Source: a virus (Duplodnaviria; Caudoviricetes). From it: a stretch of 64,000 nucleotides of DNA. The stretch spans positions 64,001-128,000 of the IMG/VR virus record IMGVR_UViG_3300021387_001614. One strand, given 5' to 3'. Shown here piece after piece: positions 31,401 through 41,138 of the stretch (position 1 is its first letter; every line of letters starts with the position of its first letter). The notes under the pieces were generated by a model. It did not search any database. It was given only the letters and a program-made list of their open reading frames with translations, and was not told the origin of the DNA. The translations under genes were made by a program, and so were the position numbers.

Positions 31401-33075
31401 CAGCAGCTGCAAGTATAGTGTTGTTTGTCATTTCCGCGATTTTAACATCTGCTGAAAGCGTGTCAACACCCGCATCTTCGGTCTTGGTTAATGCAACGGT
31501 ATTTGTGTCTTCAACAACAAAACCTTGGTCTTCAACCTTACCGCTTAATTCTGCAATATCGTCAGTATTTTTATCAACTTGCTCAGTTAATGATGATAAA
31601 TCACTCGAAATTGTCTCAACGTTACCGCTAATTTCATTAATTTTATCATTAATTTCACTCTTTTCTGTATCTATTCTATCAAGAGCACCTTTAACGGTTT
31701 CGTCGTCGCTATACTTAATATTTGACGCCTCGCCACGAACAACTAACATGTGGTCGGAAACCTCAAGAATATTGGTTGGAACTGACGTTTTTGACGCAAT
31801 TTTAACGTCGGCTGAAAGAATATCCTTGCCCGGCGTGTTGTGTTGTTTAACAAGTTCTACCGTGTGAGAATCATTATTAACTACCCATTCGTCGATAATA
31901 TCAGCCAACTTAATATCAATACTATGAATATTACCGTTTTGGTCAACGTATCTAATTGTAAGAATTTCTGTTACAGAATCATATGAAATATCATCAATAA
32001 ATGACGCCGCATTTAATTGGAATGTTGTGGTCTTATTACCGCCATCAACGGAACTTGTCGTGAGTGAAAGTTTATTAGATGCTTCATCGTAAGACATTGA
32101 CACTGATGCAAATATACCCTCTTCAGCACCACTTGAGCCGTATCTTTTAGTAATAACATTATTCTCGTTAGGTGAAACTTTTGTCTCAATACTGTCTAAC
32201 GCTTCCTTAACTGTTATTTTATTACCGTTTTTCCAATATGAAATATTACTTGCCTTGCCATCAACATAAAGATATTTATTGTCGCTTGTGGCTTTCAGAA
32301 TATTATCAGATGTAACACCTGATGGCGCTATGTTAACTTCACCCCACAGAACGTCTTTCCATTTATGTGTTTCTTCATCCTCGCCATGTTGTCTATCTCT
32401 ATGTAATGTAATTGGAGTTACGGGAGCACCCTCAACAGTCCATTCCTCAATAAGTTTATCAACACTAACAGATATAGTTTTTCCGTCAGTATAAGTAAAG
32501 ATAATTGATTCTGTTTTGGGGTCATATGTTGCTTCTTCAATTACAGGAATTGAAAATTCTGTGACGCTATTATTTACTTGAAATGTAAATGTATTAGTAT
32601 TATCGTCAAAAACGAGGTTTACATAAGAATATATGCCGTCTTCATCTTTCTTAATAATACTATCAACCTCTTCGCGGTTTATTACAACGGTTTCCTTAAG
32701 TTTAACTTCACCGCCAATAACAACACCACTTTCTGTTTCATCAACATTCATCTCGATGGTGTCACTATTTTTACCAATGAAAACAAGTGATGCCGCAAGT
32801 GCCGCAATTCCATCTTCAAGTGCTACAATATCCTCCTTTAAACCTTCAATATCAATAAAGAATGTTTTGTTAGAAGCATCAATGCTTCCATCACCAACAG
32901 AACCTATTGCCAATATAATATTAGGTTCTGCTTCATTACCGTATTTTAAAACCATCGGCTCTGCATAAAGTGATGGTCTATCAATTGTCTGACTGTTCTT
33001 AACATACGCAATAGCCTCATCCCTTGTTGCAAAAACTTGATTGTGGTGTACGAACTGTAATCTATTTTTGTTCAT
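28444..33075 (-). CDS. Large fibre-like virion protein (1543 aa)
   Basis: Acidic and Thr-rich; repeated beta modules (L.ADVKI), coiled coils and YTK.EVD repeats typical of phage fibres. Confidence 0.7.
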   Translation of the reverse strand: MNKNRLQFVHHNQVFATRDEAIAYVKNSQTIDRPSLYAEPMVLKYGNEAEPNIILAIGSVGDGSIDASNKTFFIDIEGLKEDIVALEDGIAALAASLVFIGKNSDTIEMNVDETESGVVIGGEVKLKETVVINREEVDSIIKKDEDGIYSYVNLVFDDNTNTFTFQVNNSVTEFSIPVIEEATYDPKTESIIFTYTDGKTISVSVDKLIEEWTVEGAPVTPITLHRDRQHGEDEETHKWKDVLWGEVNIAPSGVTSDNILKATSDNKYLYVDGKASNISYWKNGNKITVKEALDSIETKVSPNENNVITKRYGSSGAEEGIFASVSMSYDEASNKLSLTTSSVDGGNKTTTFQLNAASFIDDISYDSVTEILTIRYVDQNGNIHSIDIKLADIIDEWVVNNDSHTVELVKQHNTPGKDILSADVKIASKTSVPTNILEVSDHMLVVRGEASNIKYSDDETVKGALDRIDTEKSEINDKINEISGNVETISSDLSSLTEQVDKNTDDIAELSGKVEDQGFVVEDTNTVALTKTEDAGVDTLSADVKIAEMTNNTILAAADGIYMTIDYDANTNVIKVSDTSKSGQTSVIREIPLSADTNIVYSGYDQTNEEIVITYKTAAHEVHELKIPTSPFLDEIEVDINELSGKTTDNENDINELLARTAEIETELGNEEAARTAADSALDVRITSAETEIANVKSSVSTLQDAVSGEITRATSAETALQSAVTAEQTRATNAETMLEHLIDDETANRTHADEDLSDRIDGKANAADVYTKTEVDEKIGDADVSVASTNTLELNKSNENVISGNVRISTEAGNIINTTNGLYVKVDVEYSAATNTLKFTTTEGSKEIPLGVGTIINDINYDPNTKSLELKYTNAAGQSQTITVPVSDLFDEIGVLENEFPTGVELIKYKDSTDKNRLSATTHIASTSENNILELIPDTEGDVLRNYLYVNGSASNIKMPNGDSVEDALGNVYTKAETDERIEEATGDVHELEGRVGALETSVSGIETALTEVQTALVEKANTADVEAALAEKADTATTYTKTEVDTALAEKADADNVYTKSETSGATEIASALGAIDTAITEHTGNTDIHVTTEDKTKWNKAEENVITAITLNGDEVVVTDKVAAIEVVTEVDDEMDMDSPNPVANSAVTRTIVDNERVTAASLNDLNDRFNNLKTINGESLAGPGNIVIEGGGTVDDALSTTSENPVQNKVITLKINEISGNVNTISGDVETLKTNTGSVSSDISTISGAVTANTAAIATKANASDVYAKDETSGATEIATALNSKFGAVAYDSTAKKIYFYPTSTADEPIANIDATNFIKDGMVDNVEISGNNLVITFNEESGKQTISIPLTDIFDPSNYYNKTDVDTALANKADTATTYTKTDVDGLLDDKADASGLTSLEDVVSNNEQVIAAALTDIDDRINTISADTGNKLSGVAVMRGTSWHNVEVADGVAHIPVAGNQTFGVVMVDTALDADSINPVANSAITADLNDVKDDVTTNANDISSLKDDLRALTSRVAELEQIITNLTNGFAYTPQS

Positions 33076-33104
33076 TGTTCTTTTGTTTTTTTTTATTCTA
33101 ATTT

Positions 33105-35222
33105 TTAAAACTCGCCGTAATTACCGTTAAGATTAATAATTATGTTATTATCTTCATCGTTTGCAAGTAAAGTTATTGATTCAACCCCATGATTTTCTTC
33201 ACTAATATCAACAGTTGCACCCGTTATAATTTGTGACCATACCTTATCATCGATTTCATCAATTTCTTCTTGTAATACCGCATCGGCTGCAATTCTTTCC
33301 TCACGTTCAGTTGCTATTGCTTCATTTAAAGCATCATCTGCTGCAACTCGTTCATCATGTTCTGTTGTAATTGCAGTGTTAAGTGCCTCATCTGCTGCAA
33401 CTCGTTCATCATGTTCAGTTGTAATTGCTTGATTTAAAGCATCGTCTGCCGCAACTCGTTCATCATGTTCAGTTGTAATTGCTTGATTTAAAGCATCATC
33501 TGCTGCAATTCTTTGTTCTGTTTCAGCATCGAGTGCATCTGTAAGAGTTTCAATCGCAATTATTCTTTCCTCACGTTCAGTTGTGATTGCAGTGTTAAGT
33601 GCTTCATCGGCTGCAACTCGTTCATCGTGTTCAGTTGTGATTGCAGTGTTAAGTGCATCATCTGCTGCAATTCTTTCAGATGTTTCTCTATCTAATTTAC
33701 TATCAAGTTCAGTAAAAAGCGGCATAATTTCCTTGAGAACTGCCAAATAAATAACATCACTCGTTGCAATTAAGCGTAAAACACCATCAATTTTAACGAG
33801 ACGGAATTCAGTATCAGCATCATACTCAATATATTCACCCGTAGAACTTTCTATTCTTGTAGGAGAGTTAATAACAATAGTGTCACCTTCTACAAGACGT
33901 TTTCTTTCCCAATTCTTACCTGTCCAATGATTGATTATATACGCCTTATGTTTTGATGTGTTATATAAATCGCCATAATCAGAATAACTTATATAATTTT
34001 CTTCGCTAACACCTTCATTTTTGCTTAAATCAATATTAACGGATGTCCATATAGAATGACCGTGTTTATTGTTTGGATTACTATCATCTTTAAGCGACGG
34101 CATTAATACCGTTGGATAATATTTTCCTGCGATATACTCCGTCTCATGCGCGTTAGAACCATCGTAATCCTTAACAAGTCTCAGTGAATAATAATTATCA
34201 GGACACTCTGCCGTTTGCCAAACACCCGTTGAATCATAAGTGAATGTCTTTGTGTAATAATCACTTCTTATGCCCGGAAATGTTTGTGTCGAACTCCAAA
34301 ACGTTCCATGTTCGCCAAAGTAAATCAAATTTTTGTCTTTGCTTACACCATATCCACCCGGAAGAACACTAAAGCCATAATCATCTGTTCCTATTGGGTT
34401 TATTGCTTTTTCTTGCGGTACAATATCCTCATAAAGATAATCAACATCGTTAGAAAGTTGACTGGTAGTATTATCACACAACCATTTATCAGCAGTTTTT
34501 AATTTTTTACCTGCTAACTTGCCTAACTCAACGTGGCATTCAGCAGAATTATGATTTCTATATGCACAAGGCTCAATTGCATTAAGCATCGAATCCCAAT
34601 CTGCCTTTGTGGGTATTCTCCAAGGACTGTTTGTGTCTGCCAACATCTGTGCGATTTGACTAACACCCGCATAATTGTAAAGATTGCCATAATCATCTAC
34701 CTCTTCGAGTGTTAAATATCTATCGCCATTATTATTACACTCGGGTAAAACGCCACCGGTAGTAGTATCAATAAGGCTTATAACGGGTTTATAAAATCCT
34801 GTCTGCTCTATGGGATTTAACCCTAAAGGGGAATCGTCACGCCCATTACCAACTATCGTACCGTCAGTAATTGCTTCAGTCATAATTTTATCGCCTAAGT
34901 TCTTTTGTGTAATAAACCCACTAATAACTTTGGTAATGCCATTATAACTAATGGTAAGTTCACCTAAGCAATCATCAAAAGATACGTTAAGGTCTCTTGT
35001 AACACCTGAAATCATTGATGATAAATCAACTTGCAACGTTTCACCATTATTTCTTGTCAATGTTAAAACGTTTGTTTCCTCATCAAAGTCCATGCTTTTA
35101 ACATCATAATCCTTAAGAGTTATGAAATTACTGTCAATCTCATTCACCGTCAATTTGCAGTTCTTTGTGACATCTTCCTCATAAGGACTTATAAGTTTAT
35201 AAAAATAAAGGCTTTCTGCCAT
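33105..35222 (-). CDS. Virion protein with FISUMP (Fib_succ_major) domain and C-terminal 18-aa coiled-coil repeats
   Basis: YGNLYNY, WRIPTKADW, GKKLK, DDYGFSVLPGG, FWSST, SLRLVKD; late motif 35254-35261. Confidence 0.75.
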   Translation of the reverse strand: MAESLYFYKLISPYEEDVTKNCKLTVNEIDSNFITLKDYDVKSMDFDEETNVLTLTRNNGETLQVDLSSMISGVTRDLNVSFDDCLGELTISYNGITKVISGFITQKNLGDKIMTEAITDGTIVGNGRDDSPLGLNPIEQTGFYKPVISLIDTTTGGVLPECNNNGDRYLTLEEVDDYGNLYNYAGVSQIAQMLADTNSPWRIPTKADWDSMLNAIEPCAYRNHNSAECHVELGKLAGKKLKTADKWLCDNTTSQLSNDVDYLYEDIVPQEKAINPIGTDDYGFSVLPGGYGVSKDKNLIYFGEHGTFWSSTQTFPGIRSDYYTKTFTYDSTGVWQTAECPDNYYSLRLVKDYDGSNAHETEYIAGKYYPTVLMPSLKDDSNPNNKHGHSIWTSVNIDLSKNEGVSEENYISYSDYGDLYNTSKHKAYIINHWTGKNWERKRLVEGDTIVINSPTRIESSTGEYIEYDADTEFRLVKIDGVLRLIATSDVIYLAVLKEIMPLFTELDSKLDRETSERIAADDALNTAITTEHDERVAADEALNTAITTEREERIIAIETLTDALDAETEQRIAADDALNQAITTEHDERVAADDALNQAITTEHDERVAADEALNTAITTEHDERVAADDALNEAIATEREERIAADAVLQEEIDEIDDKVWSQIITGATVDISEENHGVESITLLANDEDNNIIINLNGNYGEF
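33262..33690 (-). repeat. 54-bp (18-aa) tandem repeat, about 8 units
   Basis: TEHDERVAADDALN(T/Q)AIT units. Confidence 0.85.
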
Positions 35223-35322
35223 GACTCATATGTATTTATTCTTGTTATTTTTTAATAAATATTTTAAGAAACCTATTATTTATTAAAATAACCCACTTTA
35301 TTTATATAAACCTTACAATTTT

Positions 35323-35661
35323 ATGAAAAAAAATATCAAACACCCCAAAGGATATTGGAAAATCAAAGAAAATATGATGAAAGAGGCGAAAAAATACTCC
35401 ACAAAAGACGAGTTTCAAAAAGGTAATTTAACCGCATTTCTTGCTGCACACAGATACGGTTATATAGATGAAATGACGTGGATGGTTAAACAAAAACAGC
35501 ACAAAAAAGGTTATTGGACTTATGAAAATATAGAAAAAGAAGCAATTAAATATGCAACTAAAACCGATTTTTTTAATGGCAATCAGACGGCATATAGAGC
35601 CGCATTAAAAATGGGGATTATTGATGATTTTTTTGCCTTGGATATATACATACAAAAATGA
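35323..35661 (+). CDS. Stand-alone homing-endonuclease-associated helical repeat protein, no nuclease domain
   Basis: Two KGYW...EA.KY.TK..F..GN.TA..AA...G.ID repeats; late motif TATTTATA 35299-35306 on the + strand. Confidence 0.65.
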   Translation: MKKNIKHPKGYWKIKENMMKEAKKYSTKDEFQKGNLTAFLAAHRYGYIDEMTWMVKQKQHKKGYWTYENIEKEAIKYATKTDFFNGNQTAYRAALKMGIIDDFFALDIYIQK

Positions 35662-35725
35662 GCACACTTTAAATGTACTCATTTTTATAGCAGTATGAAA
35701 TAAGTGTTGGTTTGGTTACTCTTTT

Positions 35726-36448
35726 TTACTTATTGAAAGTATGCTCTTTTTTATTTGAAAGTTCTTTTCTATATTGCACATAATTTTCTTTAACCCATTT
35801 CACAACCCTTTCAAGACTATTGTTAGAATATAAAGGTTTCCAAAATTTATTTAAATCATTTGATATAACATTCCATTTATGAGGAAAATTTTCCTCACCA
35901 TAATTGTAATTGTTAATGATTCTAACAAAATCGTGTGCAGACTTGTTAAAGAAAATAACTTCCTCACCGTAATCGTTGTGTACAGTGTTTTGCGTCTTTA
36001 TTCCACTAGCAATGAACATAATAGCATCATCAGTCACTTTACCATGACAAAGTTTTTTAACTCTATCGTCAAGATATTTGTCATCAGCGTCAAAGGCAAA
36101 TGAATACCCTTCATCACATTTTGGAAAATTAAAATCACCAGTCATATAGAGATATCTCATTGCGTCTTTTGGAAAAGCCCGTTTAAAACCCTGTGAATAA
36201 ATTATTTCTTTCCCAATATGTACAAGCCATTTAGATTGTATTATTTTTGGTTTTGTAAATGCATAAACATCAGGATTTTTTTCTCCTTTATATATGTCTG
36301 ATGATGCCGCATAGTTAAGGTCGTTTTCAAACCAATGTTCGTCTGGATTTTCAATTTTATCATTTATATAATCATAAAGAGGTTTCATATAATCTTTATC
36401 AAGATATTCCTTTAAAACCCCTCTAACAATTCTTTTAATTGATTTCAT
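35726..36448 (-). CDS. Tagged late protein, putative ART-like fold (paralog of 20285..21085)
   Basis: MKSIKRIVRGVLKE; KWLVH..., GF, FAF, FIASG, EEVIFF, W...NY.QY.K.L shared with the paralog. Confidence 0.55.
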   Translation of the reverse strand: MKSIKRIVRGVLKEYLDKDYMKPLYDYINDKIENPDEHWFENDLNYAASSDIYKGEKNPDVYAFTKPKIIQSKWLVHIGKEIIYSQGFKRAFPKDAMRYLYMTGDFNFPKCDEGYSFAFDADDKYLDDRVKKLCHGKVTDDAIMFIASGIKTQNTVHNDYGEEVIFFNKSAHDFVRIINNYNYGEENFPHKWNVISNDLNKFWKPLYSNNSLERVVKWVKENYVQYRKELSNKKEHTFNK

Positions 36449-36493
36449 ATAACTTATTACTTTTATGTAAAATATTTTGGTGAGTTATATTAT

Positions 36494-38443
36494 TTAATTT
36501 GTATTGGTTTGTGGCAACAGGTATATAGTTCCTTTTTCTTCAACCTTAGCGTTGTTAAGTATGTCTGTGTATTCCATTGGACATCCGTAAAATTTAAAAG
36601 ACTTAAAATACCCGATAAATGACCCTGCAAAATTTTCCTCTATGGGATAAGTTCTTGTTGGGTTTAACATATAATTATTAAGTATTGTTTCAGATAAGCC
36701 TTGTGTTCCACCACCTAATGATATGTTATAAGGAACACCCTCTTGTTTTTCATACAAATCATCTAAATCATGTAAATTCACTTTTGGTAAATCCTTTGTA
36801 ATGTACACTAATTTACCATTAACATAAAAATAGATTTTCATTGTGTTTAGGTGGGGTATTATTTTTACATGTATTGTGTACCACTTATCATTTTCTATGA
36901 CATTAGGGAAAGAATACCCTTCAATTATTGATGTTTTGTTTTCACCGCTTATTTCACAATCATATGTTAACAGTCTATATCCTAATTCACCATTATCAGT
37001 AATTCTAAGGGCAAAAGCGTTATTGTATATATCTTTATATAAACTGTCGTATTTAGAATTTTCTTCGTCTCTTAATTCATTGATGGTATTCACGTTATAC
37101 CCGGTACAAGTCCTATTCATTAAAATAAAAAGATTACCTTTAAATTTATCCTTTTTACCATAATACATCATTTTTGTACCTTCTTCCCAATTTCTTACGG
37201 TATATCCATTACATGTACGGTCAAACAGCAAAAACTTATTATCTGTGTAAAAGAAATAATCATTTGCTGACTTTAACTTAAAACCGTCAGATGTTTCATA
37301 TTCGAAATCTGAAATATCCATTTCCGGTTCCCAATAGTCAGTATCATAGTCAAGACCATCGTAATCGTCAATATATCCGTCCCCAAAAATTAAATCAGAT
37401 ATACTTTCATCAGTTTTTGATTCATCTATAATTTCTTCAGATGGCGGACGTCTAATACATCCACATGACATGCACTGACATCTCGAAAAATCATATCTAA
37501 TTTTTTTATTTTTATCTGAATTATCATTTTCGCCGTTGCAACACCAATTATCCATGTTGATATGGGGAAGATTTTCATCAATTATTACCGTTCCCCCACT
37601 ATAATAAGAATCATCATAATAGTTAAAATTTAGATAATCGTCTATATCAAGTGGCGGTATTGGTGTAAACTCGGGGTCAAGGTCATAAAAATTGCCTATA
37701 ATATAATCATCAAAACTTATTTCCGAATCTTCTACATAATTATCGGGTGCAAGTGTATTGCACTCGTCTTCTTCTTCATAATAGTAAATCCATTTATTCT
37801 CTGCACGTGTTCCTATGTAAAAAAATATGCCTTTATTATCAGGATATTTATCATTAAGCGTTTTATTAGACTCAGGTTCTAAATCAGACTTTTTAAGGAC
37901 AAACTCAAATTCCCACGGCATTTCTTCACTTAATGCCGAAGGTAAAATGTAATATTTATCACACTCTGTTTTAAAGAAACCTTGATAAAATCCACCATTT
38001 AATTTTATAACATCATTTTCTTTTTTAAGGGGATAATCATATAAAAGCGTATTTCCACTAACTGCGTGCAATTTAAGCCTTGCATCGTTGTTAATTTGAT
38101 ATTTACTGTTTTGAAAAATTTCTACAAAATCCTTATTGCTTATTCTATCCTTTCTAAATGTTATCAACCCATTATCAACACCCGTATATCCTATATTTTC
38201 CAACGTATAGTCGCTGGTAACAGCGCTTTCCCAAGTATATTCGCCACTGCCAATTAACATATTATCCTCTACACACTCATCAATAGACGTATCAATATAT
38301 GACATTAAACATTTGTCATATATTGAATCTGTACTGAATGAGTATGGACTAAAATTATCTTTATTGACAAAGAAATCCCAATAGTCATCTCTGTCAATTT
38401 TTAATTTTAGATTATGATAATTGTTTTCCTGTAAGTTTCCCAT
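36494..38443 (-). CDS. Virion protein with a probable ConA/LamG-like domain
   Basis: 649 aa; WYTIHVKI...IYFYVNGKLV...ISLGGG...F.G....FKFY. Confidence 0.55.
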   Translation of the reverse strand: MGNLQENNYHNLKLKIDRDDYWDFFVNKDNFSPYSFSTDSIYDKCLMSYIDTSIDECVEDNMLIGSGEYTWESAVTSDYTLENIGYTGVDNGLITFRKDRISNKDFVEIFQNSKYQINNDARLKLHAVSGNTLLYDYPLKKENDVIKLNGGFYQGFFKTECDKYYILPSALSEEMPWEFEFVLKKSDLEPESNKTLNDKYPDNKGIFFYIGTRAENKWIYYYEEEDECNTLAPDNYVEDSEISFDDYIIGNFYDLDPEFTPIPPLDIDDYLNFNYYDDSYYSGGTVIIDENLPHINMDNWCCNGENDNSDKNKKIRYDFSRCQCMSCGCIRRPPSEEIIDESKTDESISDLIFGDGYIDDYDGLDYDTDYWEPEMDISDFEYETSDGFKLKSANDYFFYTDNKFLLFDRTCNGYTVRNWEEGTKMMYYGKKDKFKGNLFILMNRTCTGYNVNTINELRDEENSKYDSLYKDIYNNAFALRITDNGELGYRLLTYDCEISGENKTSIIEGYSFPNVIENDKWYTIHVKIIPHLNTMKIYFYVNGKLVYITKDLPKVNLHDLDDLYEKQEGVPYNISLGGGTQGLSETILNNYMLNPTRTYPIEENFAGSFIGYFKSFKFYGCPMEYTDILNNAKVEEKGTIYLLPQTNTN

Positions 38444-38882
38444 TATTTTGTGTGTCTTTAAGGTTTTGTTGTGGGTTTGGTTTTGCGAGTTTAGGCGGAC
38501 GTTTAACCGTGTTAACAGGTTTAACTTGATTTCTTTGTGCTTGTACCGCGTTTTTTGCCCAACTTTTTATTGTTTGCTGTGCCTCATTGTCTGCTATCGC
38601 TCCGGGCGACTTTAACGCACTTGCTATTTGTTTAGCCGTGGTTGCAGGCATTTTAACAACTTTGTTAGGGTCATTGTCAAAAGCATCTGAAACTTTTATC
38701 CCTTTTTTGTTTTTAAACTTATTATAATCACTGTCTAAAATATGAGACAAACGCTTATAACCAACTGCTTGCTTGCTAGGGTATTCGTTTCTTACCTTCA
38801 TAGCAAGTTTGCGGATATATTTAGGAACAATAACGTCCCTTTTATTAAGTTTCTTATTTTCTTCCTCGTTGATAATCAGCAT
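38412..38882 (-). CDS. Basic late hypothetical protein
   Basis: Start reassigned to ATG 38882 (MLIINEE), after late motif 38901-38908. Confidence 0.65.
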   Translation of the reverse strand: MLIINEEENKKLNKRDVIVPKYIRKLAMKVRNEYPSKQAVGYKRLSHILDSDYNKFKNKKGIKVSDAFDNDPNKVVKMPATTAKQIASALKSPGAIADNEAQQTIKSWAKNAVQAQRNQVKPVNTVKRPPKLAKPNPQQNLKDTQNNGKLTGKQLS

Positions 38883-38964
38883 TTTTAAAAAACCTTTTTC
38901 AATAAATATCAAACAACAAAAAATGCAGCCATTTCTGACTGCATTAAGAGATTTTTTTTATGAT

Positions 38965-39213
38965 TTAAGGCATTACTCTTGCACCGTTTTGTGCATTTGC
39001 CCAATAATTTTGTAGTGTTAAGAAATCTCCGAGTTCATCTGTGTCATGCTGTTTTCCATATTTATATTCACCATTTTCGTCATGAACCGGTGCTGTTGTG
39101 GAAATTTCAGCATCACTATTATATTCCTTTACGTCACCGTTATCAAAAGTTGGTGCTGTTTCAGCCTCAAGCAACTTTCTAAACTGTGACTCATTTAAAG
39201 TTATTTTTTTCAT
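38965..39213 (-). CDS. Small tagged protein
   Basis: MKKITLNESQFRKLLE; late motif 39228-39235. Confidence 0.75.
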   Translation of the reverse strand: MKKITLNESQFRKLLEAETAPTFDNGDVKEYNSDAEISTTAPVHDENGEYKYGKQHDTDELGDFLTLQNYWANAQNGARVMP

Positions 39214-39246
39214 TTCTCGTCTTTTCTTATAAATATCACCACAAAA

Positions 39247-39969
39247 TCATTTTTTATTAATATTCTTTTTGAACACTAACTTTGCTTCGTATAAATCACC
39301 ATTGTCCGTTATGAAACTAAATTTGTTTCCAAGTTTAATTGCTTTCAATTCGGAACTATTTTCATTAATTATCTTGCCCTCGTTTAAGTATTTTTTCATG
39401 TATGCGCCAAGATATTTCTTCATTGTAGATTCAACAATTGTTTTAATAAGCGAATAATCCACACCGTTTGACGCTGTTTCTGTTATGACTCCACGTGAAA
39501 CATTCGGCTCTTGATACATACTTTCTTGAATCAATTGTGTATCATTTCCCATTTCTACACCTTCTTCTTTAATTATCGTGCCATCATTATCGGTCTCGAT
39601 ACCAAAAGTTTCTAATATCTCTTTAGGTAAACGTGTTTTTCCACCAACTACAGACGATGTGTTGGTTGTTATTATGTTCTTTCTCCTAAGACTATTTAAC
39701 TTTTTGTTAAGTTCTTCCTCAAGGTACTGACCATGAGCACCTGTTTCTTCATTTAACATACTACTATCAACAGATGGTGTAGTGGTAGTATTTGCAAAAA
39801 CCATTGAATCATATTGTGTTGCGCCTGCTGACGTTTTATTGAGATTTTTCATCCTATCAGCAGTGCGTTCTTTAATTATATGTGAATCTTGTTTTGCGTC
39901 TTGATGTATTAATTGTCTTGCTCTATCTTTAATAGATGCAAATTTGCTACTTGATAATATTTCATCCAT
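39247..39969 (-). CDS. Hypothetical late protein rich in (I/L)xE sites
   Basis: IIKE, MLNE, LIQE, VITE, LIKTIVESTMKKYL, YLNE, IINE. Confidence 0.7.
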   Translation of the reverse strand: MDEILSSSKFASIKDRARQLIHQDAKQDSHIIKERTADRMKNLNKTSAGATQYDSMVFANTTTTPSVDSSMLNEETGAHGQYLEEELNKKLNSLRRKNIITTNTSSVVGGKTRLPKEILETFGIETDNDGTIIKEEGVEMGNDTQLIQESMYQEPNVSRGVITETASNGVDYSLIKTIVESTMKKYLGAYMKKYLNEGKIINENSSELKAIKLGNKFSFITDNGDLYEAKLVFKKNINKK

Positions 39970-39980
39970 AATCCTAAAAA

Positions 39981-40733
39981 TTAAACATTATTGTCATCAT
40001 CATCTTTTTCACCCCCATTTGAATGCTTATCGGCTATAGGTCCGCTCTTATTCACTGTTGTTTGGTCTTGTGACATTTTATCATCAACATCTTTCCATAG
40101 TTTATCCCACTCATCCCTTGTTCTTTGTGTTGATGCGATGTTCTTTTTAACCATATCTGTGTCTATGCCGCCATATTTACCTTTTCTTCTTAAAGCACTA
40201 AATCTTATTTGGTTATACGGCACTTTGTCATAAGCACTTGTGTCATTCTTTTTAACATTAACACTACCAAGGTTTTTCGCTGCTGTTGTTCCACCCTTAG
40301 CGGCATTAAGTGACGGTTGATAAAGACCATCTTCATCAAACTGTACTTGTCTGATTATACTTGTCATAGATTTATCGCCATTAGGGTTATATGCAGGAAC
40401 ATTGGCACCGGCGGTTCTTGGGTCTGTAACAAAAGGGTGCTTTTTTCGTGGTTTCCACGATTCTATTCTATCAAGACGTAATGTTTCATATCTCGGTGCG
40501 CCTCTAAAAGAATCACCTTTCCACATAAATGCCCTTATAATAGGATTACCCGCTTTAGAAATTCCATAAACATATGGCTCGATTAATCTTCTTCCGGGCG
40601 CGTGATTTTCCTCATCACTATAATTTATCCATACTTGATACTTGTTGTCAATGGCATCAATAACCAAGTTCGAATCAACAGATTCGGACAACACGCTCTG
40701 CATTATGTCATATAAATTAAGTGTCACGCTCAT
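39981..40733 (-). CDS. WYL-domain protein
   Basis: DAID.KY.V.INY.D......RLIEPY.YG...G...IRAF......LRLDRI. Confidence 0.75.
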   Translation of the reverse strand: MSVTLNLYDIMQSVLSESVDSNLVIDAIDNKYQVWINYSDEENHAPGRRLIEPYVYGISKAGNPIIRAFMWKGDSFRGAPRYETLRLDRIESWKPRKKHPFVTDPRTAGANVPAYNPNGDKSMTSIIRQVQFDEDGLYQPSLNAAKGGTTAAKNLGSVNVKKNDTSAYDKVPYNQIRFSALRRKGKYGGIDTDMVKKNIASTQRTRDEWDKLWKDVDDKMSQDQTTVNKSGPIADKHSNGGEKDDDDNNV

Positions 40734-40748
40734 TTAAGTGGTTTTTAA

Positions 40749-41138
40749 TTAGATATAAATTTGACCTTGTGCAATATTTTCTGCTGTGTTAATAAGGTCA
40801 GCACCGTACTGATTTTCTGCATTATACATTGATGATGCAAGCGCTTTTTCACGACCGCCGATATCGTTTCTACCCTTTATATCATAAATGCCACCACCGT
40901 TAAAAGTATCAAAGTTGCTATAATCAATCATATTGGTGGGTTTGGTACAATCGGGCAACCAAGCCGTGTGTCCACCATGTCCCGTACCCTTTCCTTGAGG
41001 GTCACCGTCGCTTATTGCGTCGGGGTGAGTAGCACCATATTGATTTTCAATATTATAGTCACTTCTTACGATTTCCTGACTTCTTTCGTCAATACCACGC
41101 TTTTCAAGACATGATTGACCATTTTCAAAAACTGCCAT
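40749..41138 (-). CDS. Late hypothetical (probable virion) protein
   Basis: 129 aa, Gly/Asp-rich; late motif 41172-41179. Confidence 0.7.
   Translation of the reverse strand: MAVFENGQSCLEKRGIDERSQEIVRSDYNIENQYGATHPDAISDGDPQGKGTGHGGHTAWLPDCTKPTNMIDYSNFDTFNGGGIYDIKGRNDIGGREKALASSMYNAENQYGADLINTAENIAQGQIYI

Noticed and set aside
33262-33690. 54-bp tandem repeats as a non-coding array
   Set aside because: They encode an in-frame coiled-coil repeat within a long ORF.
4742-35222. Diversity-generating retroelement targeting the LRR or FISUMP gene
   Set aside because: No reverse transcriptase and no template/variable repeat pair differing at adenines was seen in this window; one elsewhere in the genome cannot be excluded.
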